From an uncultured Clostridia bacterium (GTDB lineage: Bacteria; Bacillota; Clostridia; Christensenellales; Borkfalkiaceae), in assembly GCA_947630115.1 (NCBI GenBank), contig CANRGG010000008.1:351-64350 (forward strand): DNA of 64,000 nucleotides. The letters run 5' to 3'. The notes beneath the pieces were generated by a model, which saw only the letters and a program-made list of their open reading frames with translations, did not search any database and was not told where the DNA came from. The position numbers were made by a program, and so were the translations under genes. This document shows, piece after piece, positions 47,022-55,517 of the stretch. Numbering within the stretch: position 1 is the first letter of the stretch; each line of letters opens with the position of its first letter.

Positions 47022-48245
47022 TTATTTGCTTGTTTTGTTTTCCCCGATCTCTTGCAACGCCCATTCAAGCTCCGGATCTCGGGAAAGATCGCAGGTCCGT
47101 CCGATGAAAACGTCGGGCTCTGCCCCGCACGCCCCCTGCAAGACGGACGTCGGATAGACGAGGACGAACTTCCCGAGTTTTGCCTCCGCGCAGTTGGAAT
47201 AGCGCAGGATCCCCATCGTGGGCCTTCCGAGAAGCGTCACCTTCCGAAGCCCCTTGACGGCGAGCGCGAACGCTTCGCCCGAGGAGGCGCAGCGCGGTCC
47301 GATGAGCACGAACACTTTTTTGGGGTACGCCGTGCCGTCGATCCGGGGCGCCGGACCGCTTTCCACGGGCAGAAATCCTCTGCCGCGCTTGTCTTTCAGC
47401 TCCTCCATCGCCCGTTTTAAGAGCGGCTTTGTCTCTTCGCTTGCCGTCGCCAGATAGGCGCGGAGAGTTTCGAGCCGCAGATCGACGTTGCGCGCGGAAT
47501 CATTGATCTCCATGGGATCGGGCGTGAAATCGGGCTCCTCGCCCTCGGCAATGCAGAGCGGCAAGAGCGGCAAAAACGCCGTGTCGCTCCCTCCGCCGTT
47601 CTCGCGTATATCTATTATGAGAAATTCATGCGATTTGATCGCAGCTTCCGCCCCGGCGAGCAGTTCCTTCACCGCGTTTTCGTTTTCGAAATCGTCAAAA
47701 CGCAGAAAAACGGCTTTGGGGAGAATTTCCAACCGGTAGGGCTCCCGCTTCGGTCCTTGCAGATCCTTTCGGATCGGGATCTTCCGCGTTTGCTCTCGGC
47801 CGCCGCTTTTGCGGAGCACTTCCGCCGTGCCGAAGTGCGGCAATAGCCATTCCCAGAATATTCCCTGCCGCTCCGGAGGCTGATGAAAGAAAAATTCGCC
47901 GTACCGCTCCTCCGCCGCGCCGACGGACAGCCCGTCGAGAGAAACGATCCTGTCTCCCTCCGAAAATCCGCTGTCCCGCGCCGCCGCGGTCACAAGGAGA
48001 AAGTTTTCGAAGCGTTCCGTCCGAATCCCCGCGCCGCCCTGCCGGCCCGGCTCGAAAAATCGGAGATGTCCGGGCACCCTGAACCGGCAAAGATAGGAAT
48101 TTACCGAAAAGACGAATTCCTCGTCCGTCATGTCCTCGCGGATCGGGGACTCCATCCCTTCATCAAACGGAAATTTTTCCCGACAGAAAGCGGCGTCGCA
48201 GCGGACAATCTCTCTGATTTCCCGAAAAATTTCCCCTTTTGTCAT
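47022..48245 (-). CDS. S41-family peptidase-like protein
   Basis: 407 aa from ATG 48245. IIDIRENGGGS and GPRCASSGEAF (Ser nucleophile context). No signal peptide seen. Confidence 0.7.
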   Translation of the reverse strand: MTKGEIFREIREIVRCDAAFCREKFPFDEGMESPIREDMTDEEFVFSVNSYLCRFRVPGHLRFFEPGRQGGAGIRTERFENFLLVTAAARDSGFSEGDRIVSLDGLSVGAAEERYGEFFFHQPPERQGIFWEWLLPHFGTAEVLRKSGGREQTRKIPIRKDLQGPKREPYRLEILPKAVFLRFDDFENENAVKELLAGAEAAIKSHEFLIIDIRENGGGSDTAFLPLLPLCIAEGEEPDFTPDPMEINDSARNVDLRLETLRAYLATASEETKPLLKRAMEELKDKRGRGFLPVESGPAPRIDGTAYPKKVFVLIGPRCASSGEAFALAVKGLRKVTLLGRPTMGILRYSNCAEAKLGKFVLVYPTSVLQGACGAEPDVFIGRTCDLSRDPELEWALQEIGENKTSK

Positions 48246-48273
48246 GAAACAGCTCCAAATATATCCACTATAC

Positions 48274-48302
48274 AATATATCACAAAAAGTCCCGCGGGGC
48301 AA
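48274..48302 (-). promoter_or_regulatory. Sigma-A promoter (extended -10) upstream of the S41 peptidase/decarboxylase block
   Basis: Minus strand: TTGCCC, 17 nt, TGaTATATT. Lies just downstream of the terminator at 48315-48348. Confidence 0.55.
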
Positions 48303-48314
48303 GCAAATCGGGGC

Positions 48315-48348
48315 AAAAAAATAAAAAAATTTCCGGCTCCACGCCGGA
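48315..48348 (-). terminator. Terminator of the TVP38 gene
   Basis: Minus strand: TCCGGC-gtgga-GCCGGA followed by AATTTTTTTATTTTTTT. Confidence 0.75.
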
Positions 48349-48389
48349 TGAAAAATGCTTCCTCAAAAGTTTTCCAACAGCCGAGGGCG

Positions 48390-49415
48390 TTAAATTTTCC
48401 CGTTGCTTTTCGGCTGCGTTTTTTCGGCGTCGGAAGCGGCTTTCTCCACCCCTTTTTTGACGATCGCCCCGTCGGGTCCGACCACTTCGAGGGTAAATTC
48501 TCCCTTTGTTTGCCGATCTTCGATCCGCGTTTCCCGATGGAACTTTTTCTCGAACCAGGCAAGGATGACGTCCGTCTTTTTGTAGAGGAGCACGAAGAGA
48601 AAGGCGATGAGAACGAAGATCGCCGCCCAGGTGAGGATCCCCCACCAGGTGTTGAACGGAATGAGGGTAATCGAATAACTCGTCGTGAAGATCGCAAGCA
48701 CCCGCGAGATGATAATCACCCCCAGAAAGAGCCAGACCGACATGCTCGAAAGCCCCGCGACGAAGCAGAGAATGTCGTCCGGAAAGACGGGCAAGAGGAA
48801 CATCGCCGAAAGGAGCAGCTTGTCTTTTCCCTTTACTTTTTTGAGCCATTTGTCGAGCGTATCCTTCCCGACGATCCACGCAACGACCCGATAGCCCGCA
48901 TATCTTCCGACGAAGAAGGCGCATAGAGAGCCGAGGACGATCCCGAGAAGGCTCAAAAGGCTCCCCCGGAGGGGACCGAACAGCGCGCTTCCCGCAACGA
49001 CCGTGACGGTGCTCGGGATGGGCAGGATGACGACCTGCAAAAATTGCAAAATGACGAACAGCACGCTCATAAACGTGCCCGTGCGCTCGAGATAGCTCTC
49101 TAAACTCTCCTCGCTCTGAAAGATCTCGAGAAAGCCCGTCTTAAGGAGAACGTAAAAAATGATCGCTGTAAAGACGAGCAGGACATAGGCGATGATACAG
49201 CTCTTATAGACGAGCTCCTTTTTTCGGAGGAAGAAGATAATATCCGTCGAAAGCAGCCCCAGATTGAAAAGCGTCGCCCCGCAGAGCGACAAGATCAGGA
49301 CCCAGCGCGGCCATTGCGCATGGAAAAAAGTGAGACAAAGCACAAAAAAAACCTGCGCCGCGACCGCCGCAAAGGAAATGAGCAAAATATGGATGATCTT
49401 TTCCGCGCCTTTCAT
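48390..49415 (-). CDS. TVP38/TMEM64 (DedA-related) family membrane protein
   Basis: 341 aa. Extra N-terminal helices, then the VTVVAGSALFGPLRGSLLSLLG...FVGRYAG...LLPVFPDDILCFVAGLS core. Confidence 0.75.
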   Translation of the reverse strand: MKGAEKIIHILLISFAAVAAQVFFVLCLTFFHAQWPRWVLILSLCGATLFNLGLLSTDIIFFLRKKELVYKSCIIAYVLLVFTAIIFYVLLKTGFLEIFQSEESLESYLERTGTFMSVLFVILQFLQVVILPIPSTVTVVAGSALFGPLRGSLLSLLGIVLGSLCAFFVGRYAGYRVVAWIVGKDTLDKWLKKVKGKDKLLLSAMFLLPVFPDDILCFVAGLSSMSVWLFLGVIIISRVLAIFTTSYSITLIPFNTWWGILTWAAIFVLIAFLFVLLYKKTDVILAWFEKKFHRETRIEDRQTKGEFTLEVVGPDGAIVKKGVEKAASDAEKTQPKSNGKI

Positions 49416-49476
49416 GAGCCCCTTCTCCCTCTATTATATTATACACAGCCGAAGAAGATTTTATAAGTCTTTCCGA

Positions 49477-49971
49477 TCATTCCTCGGCGACGGGCGGGGA
49501 GACGCCCTCTTCGCTCTTTACGCTTTTGTCATTTTTTTCGATCGCGCCGCGTGCGAGGGCGTCGCAGCGGTTGTTGAGCTCGTTTTCGGCGTGTCCCTTT
49601 ACTTTATGGAACACGACCTCATGGACGCGCGTCAGCGAAAGGAGCTTTTTCCAAAGATCGCAGTTCAGAACGGGTTTTTTGTCCGCCTTGCGCCAGCCGG
49701 CGCTCTCCCAGCTGTAGACCCAGCCGTTTGCAAACCCGTTGACGGTGTAGGAAGAATCGCTGTAAACGTCCACGCGGCAGGGATATTTCAGAAGTTCCAG
49801 CCCGCGGATCACCGCCGTAAGTTCCATGCGGTTGTTGGTCGTCTCCGCCTCGCCGCCGGAGATCTCGCGGGTGTGCTGCCCGTAGAGGAGGATCGCCCCC
49901 CAGCCGCCCGCGCCGGGATTGCCGGAGCATGCGCCGTCCGTATATAAGGTGACAGTTTTAAGTTCGGACAT
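49477..49971 (-). CDS. rnhA: Ribonuclease HI
   Basis: 164 aa from ATG 49971. DGACSGNPG, TNNRMEL, DSSY, KGHAENELNNRCDALA (DEDD catalytic pattern). Confidence 0.9.
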   Translation of the reverse strand: MSELKTVTLYTDGACSGNPGAGGWGAILLYGQHTREISGGEAETTNNRMELTAVIRGLELLKYPCRVDVYSDSSYTVNGFANGWVYSWESAGWRKADKKPVLNCDLWKKLLSLTRVHEVVFHKVKGHAENELNNRCDALARGAIEKNDKSVKSEEGVSPPVAEE

Positions 49972-49990
49972 CGTTTTCCCCGCTTTCGGG

Positions 49991-50968
49991 TTATTCGTAC
50001 ATTTCGGTTTTCGGGGAACGGGAGAACAGCGAACTGATCGCTTCGCGGCAGCGTGCCTCGTCCCCCCCGGCGTCTCCGTAACAGACGTTATAGACGACCT
50101 CCGTGATCGGAAGATCGACATGATATTTCCTGCCGAGGTACATCATCGCCTTGGAAGTTGCGACGCCCTCCGCGAGTTTCTCGAACCGCTGCCCCTTCGC
50201 CAGCATTTCGCCGTACATGCGGTTGTGCGAAAAGGGCGAAAACAGCGTCGTCTCATAGTCCCCGAGATGGGCGAGCCCGTAGGCGGAGAGTTCGTTCCCC
50301 CCCATCGCCTTGATGAGCCGCGCCACTTCCCGCGCCCCGCGCGACATGAGCGGCCCCTTCAACGGGGTGCAGATCACGTCGAGCGCGCCCGCCGCAATCC
50401 CCATGACGTTCTTCGCCGCCGCGCCGATCTCGGTGCCGATGAGGTCCTCTCCGTAATAGAAGCGGATGAGATCGCTCCGGAAGGCGTCCGCAAGATCGCG
50501 CTTCAGCTTGTCGTTCTGGGAGTCGATCACCATGCAGTTCGGAACTCCCTGCACAAAGCTCTGGATGTGCCCGGGGCCCACCCAGACGGCGATCTTTTGG
50601 GGAGAAATGCCGCTCTCCACCAGGACTTCGGACAGCCGCTTGCCGGTGTCCACCTCGATCCCCTTCATGCAGAGGACGAAGATCTTATCCTGCACGGGAT
50701 ATTTGATCACCTGCTGCATGAAGCCGCGGACGCCCTGCGCCGAAATGGAGATGACGATGATCTCCGCGCGGTTGACCGCCTCCTCAAGATCGCAGGTCAG
50801 CGTGATCCGCTTGTCAAGTTCGACGTATTCGTTCCTGCCCGTCTCTTTGAGAACGGTGTAGGAAGGGCTGCCTTCGGGGCCCCAGCTGTAGACCTCGTTC
50901 CCGCGGCGGGAGAGATACCACGCGATGAACGACCCCCATCGGCCGCAGCCGAGTACGGAAATTTTCAT
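49991..50968 (-). CDS. gpsA: NAD(P)H-dependent glycerol-3-phosphate dehydrogenase
   Basis: 325 aa. ISVLGCGRWGS Rossmann loop, GAAAKNVMGIAAG. Confidence 0.92.
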   Translation of the reverse strand: MKISVLGCGRWGSFIAWYLSRRGNEVYSWGPEGSPSYTVLKETGRNEYVELDKRITLTCDLEEAVNRAEIIVISISAQGVRGFMQQVIKYPVQDKIFVLCMKGIEVDTGKRLSEVLVESGISPQKIAVWVGPGHIQSFVQGVPNCMVIDSQNDKLKRDLADAFRSDLIRFYYGEDLIGTEIGAAAKNVMGIAAGALDVICTPLKGPLMSRGAREVARLIKAMGGNELSAYGLAHLGDYETTLFSPFSHNRMYGEMLAKGQRFEKLAEGVATSKAMMYLGRKYHVDLPITEVVYNVCYGDAGGDEARCREAISSLFSRSPKTEMYE

Positions 50969-50984
50969 GATGTTCCACCTTCCT

Positions 50985-51578
50985 TCAAATTTCTTTTCTT
51001 TCGATGAGCGCTCTTGACAGGGTCACTTCATCGGTGTATTCGAGCTCGGATCCGATTGGGATCCCGCGCGAGAGCCGCGTCACCTTCACGCCGAGCGGCT
51101 TTAAGCACTTTGCGATATACATTGCCGTGGCCTCGCCCTCGACGTCGGGATTGGTCGCCATGATGACTTCCTTCACCTCTCCCTCGCCGACCCGCTGCAA
51201 GAGTTCCCGGATCCGGATATCGTTGGGCGAGACGTTGTTCATGGGGTCGATCACTCCGTGCAGCACATGGTAGACGCCCTTAAATTCGTGCAGTTTTTCG
51301 AGGGCGATCACGTCCTTGGGCTCCTTGACGACGCAGATCGTCGAGCCGTCCCGCACCTTGCAGATGTCGCAGACCTCGTCCTCCGTGAAATTGCCGCAGA
51401 CCTTGCAAAAGCGCACCTTTTGCTTGACCGCGAGGATCGCGTCCGCAAATTCCCTTGCCTCCCGGTCCGTCATATTGATGACCTTATAGGCATAGCGCTG
51501 TGCCGTCTTTTTGCCGACGCCGGGCAAATAAGAAAATTCGTTGATGAGCCTTGCGATCGGCTCGATGAACACTTCCAC
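50985..51578 (-). CDS. recR: Recombination protein RecR
   Basis: 197 aa. HhH N-terminus, Cys4 zinc finger [16 protein letters not shown], and a Toprim domain. Confidence 0.95.
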   Translation of the reverse strand: MEVFIEPIARLINEFSYLPGVGKKTAQRYAYKVINMTDREAREFADAILAVKQKVRFCKVCGNFTEDEVCDICKVRDGSTICVVKEPKDVIALEKLHEFKGVYHVLHGVIDPMNNVSPNDIRIRELLQRVGEGEVKEVIMATNPDVEGEATAMYIAKCLKPLGVKVTRLSRGIPIGSELEYTDEVTLSRALIERKEI

Positions 51579-51920
51579 TTATAAAAGTCCTCCGAGACCG
51601 CCCATGTTGAACTTGCCCATCTTCTCCCGATAGACCTCGTCCGCCTTCTTATAGCCGTCCAGGATCGCCGCAAGGACGAGATCTTCGAGCATTTCCCCGT
51701 CCTCGGGGTCGATGACGGATTTGTCGATCTCGATCCCGTCGATGATCTTCTTCGCGTTCATATAGACGACGACCGCCTCGCCGCCCGCCGTTCCCACGAT
51801 CTCCCATTCGTCGAGCAGTTTTTCGGTCTCCGCCATTTCCTCCTGCATTTTCTGCGCCTGCTTCATGAGGTTCTGCATGCCCGCGCCCCCCATGCCGCCT
51901 CCGCGGTTGAAATTTGCCAT
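51579..51920 (-). CDS. ybaB: YbaB/EbfC family nucleoid-associated protein
   Basis: 113 aa. MQNLMKQAQKMQEEM...GTAGGEAVVV... Sits in the conserved dnaX-ybaB-recR order. Confidence 0.93.
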   Translation of the reverse strand: MANFNRGGGMGGAGMQNLMKQAQKMQEEMAETEKLLDEWEIVGTAGGEAVVVYMNAKKIIDGIEIDKSVIDPEDGEMLEDLVLAAILDGYKKADEVYREKMGKFNMGGLGGLL

Positions 51921-51931
51921 ATTGTTCTCCT

Positions 51932-53620
51932 TTATTTGATTTCTATGGGATAGTCAGGGAAGTCGCGCCTGAGCTCATCGACCGGGCTGCCGCCGTCGGG
52001 CGGTTTGGGCGCGTTCAGCCGCACTTCGAACTTTTCAATGCCGATCTGCGCCAAAAAACTCCCCATCGTCTCGCGGTGTTCCGCACGCTCCAACGAATGG
52101 AACACCGTGGGACTCTCCGTCGTCAACACGAAAGTGTCCCCCTCGAATGCCGCGGAAAGTTCCGAACAGAGCACGCGCAGCACGATGTTTTGCGCGGATT
52201 TACGCAAGAGTTTAATAAACATGCCATAGGCGTATTCCGCCGTCATCTGTCCGCGAGGCGAGGCGCTTGGAGACGGATCGTTCTTTTTTACTTCGGGTGC
52301 GCTTATCTCTTTCTTTTCGGCGCTTTCGAAGGGAGAAAAGAACTCCTCGGGCGGCTCTTCCGGAATGGGCGGCGCGTCCTCTTGGGGGGCGGACGGTTCG
52401 GCCTTCTCGCTTCCTGCGCTCCTTTGTTCGATCGGGGCTTTTTCCCGCTTTTCAGGCGTTTCCCCGGCGGAAATGCTCCCTTCTTTGAGCTTTTTTTCGA
52501 GCAGATCGAGCCGCACGCGCAGCGCGTCCGGGCTTCCGTCGGCGGCGGGCATGGCAATGCGCATGAGCGCCGTTTCGAGACGAATGCGCGGCGAAGAGAC
52601 GAGCCGAAGGTCGGTCTCCGCGACGGAGAGGATCTCCGTTGCGCGCAAAATCGCCCTTCCGTCCGCCGCTTCCGCGGCTTGCTTCACCCGCAAAAAGGCG
52701 TGCTGGGGAAGAGAGAGCAGCTTTTCCGCATTTCGGCAAGTCTTTGCGATCGCAATGCGGTTGAGCATTTCGAGAAGATCGCGCAGCAGCACCGCGACCG
52801 CCTTTCCCTCGGCAAGGATTGTTTCCGCCCGTTCGAGCATGGACGGCATATCCGCGCCAAGAAGGGCTTCGCAAAGGTCGCAGGTCTCCGAAAAATCGGC
52901 GGCACCCAAAACGGCGTTCACGTTTTCATAGGTGAGTTTGTCGCCGTAGGCGATACACATTTCGGCGATGGAGAGCATATCCCGGTCGCTCCCCGCCCCG
53001 GCGCGGGCGATCGCGGAAACTGCTTCTTTTTCATAGGGCTTCCCGATCTCTTGAAGGACGGTTTCAAGATGTCTTTCGAGGTCCTCCTCGGGAATGAGCT
53101 TGAAATCCAGCCGCATGCAGCGGGAGAGAATGGTCGCGGGGATCTTGTGCGGCTCAGTCGTCGCCAAAATAAAGACGGCGTGGGCGGGCGGCTCCTCGAG
53201 CGTTTTCAGAAGCGCGTTAAAGGCGCTGTCCGTGAGCATATGCACCTCGTCCACGATATATACTTTATATTTCCCCGTCACGGGGGGATATTGCACCTTT
53301 TCGCGCAGATCGCGCATTTCGTTCACGCCGTTATTGGAGGCGGCGTCGATCTCCGAAATGTCGAGATTTCCCTTTTGAAGGGCGAGACAGGTCGGACACT
53401 TCCCGCAGGGCGAGCCGTCCTTCGGGCTTTCGCAGTTGATCGCGCGGGCAAAAATGCGCGCGACGCTGGTCTTCCCCGTCCCGCGCGGTCCGCAGAAGAG
53501 ATAGGCATGCCCTACCGAGCCGCCCTCGATCTGGTTTTTGAGGACGCGCACGATGTGCTCCTGCCGCACGATCTTTTCGAAGCTGTCCGGTCTGAATTTC
53601 CGGTAGAGAGAAAGATGCAT
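51932..53620 (-). CDS. dnaX: DNA polymerase III subunit gamma/tau
   Basis: 562 aa. Walker A GPRGTGKTS, zinc module CGKCPTC, DEVHML, SRC. Confidence 0.95.
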   Translation of the reverse strand: MHLSLYRKFRPDSFEKIVRQEHIVRVLKNQIEGGSVGHAYLFCGPRGTGKTSVARIFARAINCESPKDGSPCGKCPTCLALQKGNLDISEIDAASNNGVNEMRDLREKVQYPPVTGKYKVYIVDEVHMLTDSAFNALLKTLEEPPAHAVFILATTEPHKIPATILSRCMRLDFKLIPEEDLERHLETVLQEIGKPYEKEAVSAIARAGAGSDRDMLSIAEMCIAYGDKLTYENVNAVLGAADFSETCDLCEALLGADMPSMLERAETILAEGKAVAVLLRDLLEMLNRIAIAKTCRNAEKLLSLPQHAFLRVKQAAEAADGRAILRATEILSVAETDLRLVSSPRIRLETALMRIAMPAADGSPDALRVRLDLLEKKLKEGSISAGETPEKREKAPIEQRSAGSEKAEPSAPQEDAPPIPEEPPEEFFSPFESAEKKEISAPEVKKNDPSPSASPRGQMTAEYAYGMFIKLLRKSAQNIVLRVLCSELSAAFEGDTFVLTTESPTVFHSLERAEHRETMGSFLAQIGIEKFEVRLNAPKPPDGGSPVDELRRDFPDYPIEIK

Positions 53621-53626
53621 GGTTTA

Positions 53627-54214
53627 TCACCTTGAAAAAGCCTTTTGCAGTTTTCGTTTGGAGCGCGAAAGGGCGTTGTCCACGCTCTTCCCGTCCTTTC
53701 CCGTCGCCTCGCAGATACGGGCGTAGCTCATCCCTTCGAGATACATGGTCACGACGCGGAACTCGAAGTCCGAAAGCTCCTTCATGAGCTTCATGCGCAG
53801 TTCCGCGCGCGATTCCCCGAGCAGCAGAAAGTCCTCCGGCGTCTCCCCCTCCGAAAAATCCGAAAGATCGGGATCGAAGAGCGAGACGGAGTTGTTGAGC
53901 GGCCCGTTCTTGCGGCGGGACATGCCCTTCACCGCGTCGAGAATGTGCCGCGTCACGCAGAGATAGGCAAAATTCTTGAAACTCTTGCCCGCCGACGGAT
54001 CAAAGTCCCCGATCGCCGAGTACAGCCCGATCATCCCCTCCTGCACGAGATCGTCCGTCTCGCCGCCGACGAGGAAAAATCTTCTGGCGCGGGCGCGAAC
54101 CGCGTTCATATAGCGGCGGAGCAGGGCCTCCGTCGCACGGCTGTCCCCCTCCTGCGCCTTTTTTACGAGGCTTTCGTCCCGTTCATTTTCCAAGTCTTGC
54201 ACGCACGACCTCAT
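53627..54214 (-). CDS. sigH: RNA polymerase sigma factor SigH-like
   Basis: 195 aa. Region 2 DDLVQEGMIGLYSAIGDFD...FKNFAYLCVTRHI and the region 4 HTH. Position after mrnC-rlmB matches the Bacillus/Clostridium sigH locus. The ATG overlaps rlmB by 32 nt; in-frame GTG/TTG alternatives lie at 54202 and 54193. Confidence 0.82.
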   Translation of the reverse strand: MRSCVQDLENERDESLVKKAQEGDSRATEALLRRYMNAVRARARRFFLVGGETDDLVQEGMIGLYSAIGDFDPSAGKSFKNFAYLCVTRHILDAVKGMSRRKNGPLNNSVSLFDPDLSDFSEGETPEDFLLLGESRAELRMKLMKELSDFEFRVVTMYLEGMSYARICEATGKDGKSVDNALSRSKRKLQKAFSR

Positions 54215-54911
54215 ATACCGCGATCCCGAGCGCGACGGACGCGTTCAGGGAATTGACTTTTCCCATCAACGGGAGAGAGAGGATCTTATCGCACTTTTCC
54301 CGCGTGAGCCGCCTCACGCCGCTGTCCTCGCCGCCCACGACGAGCGCAACTCTGCCCGTGAGTTTGTTTTCATAGATACTTTCGCCGCCCGCCTCCAAGC
54401 CGTAGACCCAATAGCCCTCTTTTTTGAGCGCGTCGATCGCCGAATTGACAGACGGCACTTTGGCGACTTTGATATGCTCCGCGGCGCCCGCGGAGATCCG
54501 CACGACCGCCTCGGTAACGCCCGCTCCCTTTGCTGCGGGAATGACGACCCCGTCCGCGCCCGCGCATTCCGAAACCCGTAGAATACTGCCGAGATTATGG
54601 ACGTCCTCGATCCCGTCGCAAAGGACGATGAGAGAGTTCTTCCCCGCTTCCCCGTCCATGGGCGGCAGAAGGTCGGAAAGCTCGGAATAGACGAAATCGG
54701 TCGTATAGGCGATGACCCCTTGATGGCGTTTGTCGGGCGATTCGCGGTCGAGCGCGGCGCGGTCCAGAAACTGCACGCGGACATTTTTCTGGCGCGCCTG
54801 GGCAAAGATCTTGCCGAGCGTGCCCTGCGCCCCCTTTTCGAGGGCGATCTTTTCGATGGTCTTTTCCGTTTTGAGCAGTTCGAGCACTGCGTTGCGTCCC
54901 TCGATTTTCAT
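54183..54911 (-). CDS. rlmB: 23S rRNA (guanosine-2'-O)-methyltransferase RlmB (SpoU/TrmH family)
   Basis: 242 aa from ATG 54911 (ATGA overlap with the mrnC stop). SpoU motifs NLGSILR, LVVGGEDSGV, LPLMGKVNSLNASVA. The 395-aa track ORF is an artefactual extension. Confidence 0.9.
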   Translation of the reverse strand: MKIEGRNAVLELLKTEKTIEKIALEKGAQGTLGKIFAQARQKNVRVQFLDRAALDRESPDKRHQGVIAYTTDFVYSELSDLLPPMDGEAGKNSLIVLCDGIEDVHNLGSILRVSECAGADGVVIPAAKGAGVTEAVVRISAGAAEHIKVAKVPSVNSAIDALKKEGYWVYGLEAGGESIYENKLTGRVALVVGGEDSGVRRLTREKCDKILSLPLMGKVNSLNASVALGIAVYEVVRARLGK

Positions 54912-55303
54912 AAATCCTCTCTGAAAAACAGCTCCTCGATCCGCGCCTCTTCTCCGATGAGATAAAGATAGCCGACGACCGCCTCGAACCCCGTGGAACG
55001 GGTATATTCCGCGCTTGAAGCGTTCTTGCTCTTGGTCGGTTTCTTGGCGTTCCGTCCGCGATGGTAGATCTGTGCCTCCTCCTCGTCGAGAAGCGGAAGG
55101 ATCTTTTCGAGCCGTTCGCTCTGCCCGTGCGCGGAAACTCTTTCGGAGGCGCGCCGGTTGAGTTCCCCCGTCTTGCAGGCGCTCGAAAGGGCGAGCCTGC
55201 GCCGGACGAGAAGGGTATAAACGGCGTCGCCCACAAAGGCGAGCACGACGGGATTCATCTGTTTTGCCCGTTCCTTTTCGACGGGAAAAGCGGGAGTTTC
55301 CAT
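54908..55303 (-). CDS. mrnC: Mini-ribonuclease 3
   Basis: 131 aa. LAFVGDAVYTLLVRRRL RNase III-like signature, TGFEAVVGYLYL. Confidence 0.9.
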   Translation of the reverse strand: METPAFPVEKERAKQMNPVVLAFVGDAVYTLLVRRRLALSSACKTGELNRRASERVSAHGQSERLEKILPLLDEEEAQIYHRGRNAKKPTKSKNASSAEYTRSTGFEAVVGYLYLIGEEARIEELFFREDL

Positions 55304-55341
55304 GATATCTGGGACAGATCTTTGAACTGTATTTTATGTCC

Positions 55342-55370
55342 ATTATAGCACGATTCGAAAAACTTGACAA
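55342..55370 (-). promoter_or_regulatory. Sigma-A promoter of the mrnC-rlmB-sigH unit
   Basis: Minus strand: TTGTCA, 17 nt, TATAAT (55347-55342). Confidence 0.6.
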
Positions 55371-55452
55371 GCGTTCTGGGGCAAAGATTCCCGCAAGGAG
55401 AAAGGCATTTCGTTTTATTTCGGCGATTCCCGCGCTTTCTCCGTGAAATAAC

Positions 55453-55480
55453 TTGCTTTTTTCAAAAAAAGGATTATAAT
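55453..55480 (+). promoter_or_regulatory. Sigma-A promoter of the antiporter gene
   Basis: TTGCTT, 16 nt, TATAAT (55475-55480). Confidence 0.55.
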
Positions 55481-55517
55481 GGATTAGGTTTTTCCAATTA
55501 CCAAAGCGGGGGCGAAC

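Noticed and set aside
53621-53640. An SRP RNA (scr) expected upstream of dnaX, as in Bacillus.
   Set aside because: Only 6 nt separate dnaX from sigH, so there is no room for an RNA gene.
55371-55452. A GATTCCCGC direct repeat (two copies) and GGAGAAAG/CTTTCTCC complementarity between the divergent mrnC and antiporter promoters.
   Set aside because: The motifs are short (8-9 nt), could arise by chance, and have no consistent geometry relative to either promoter.
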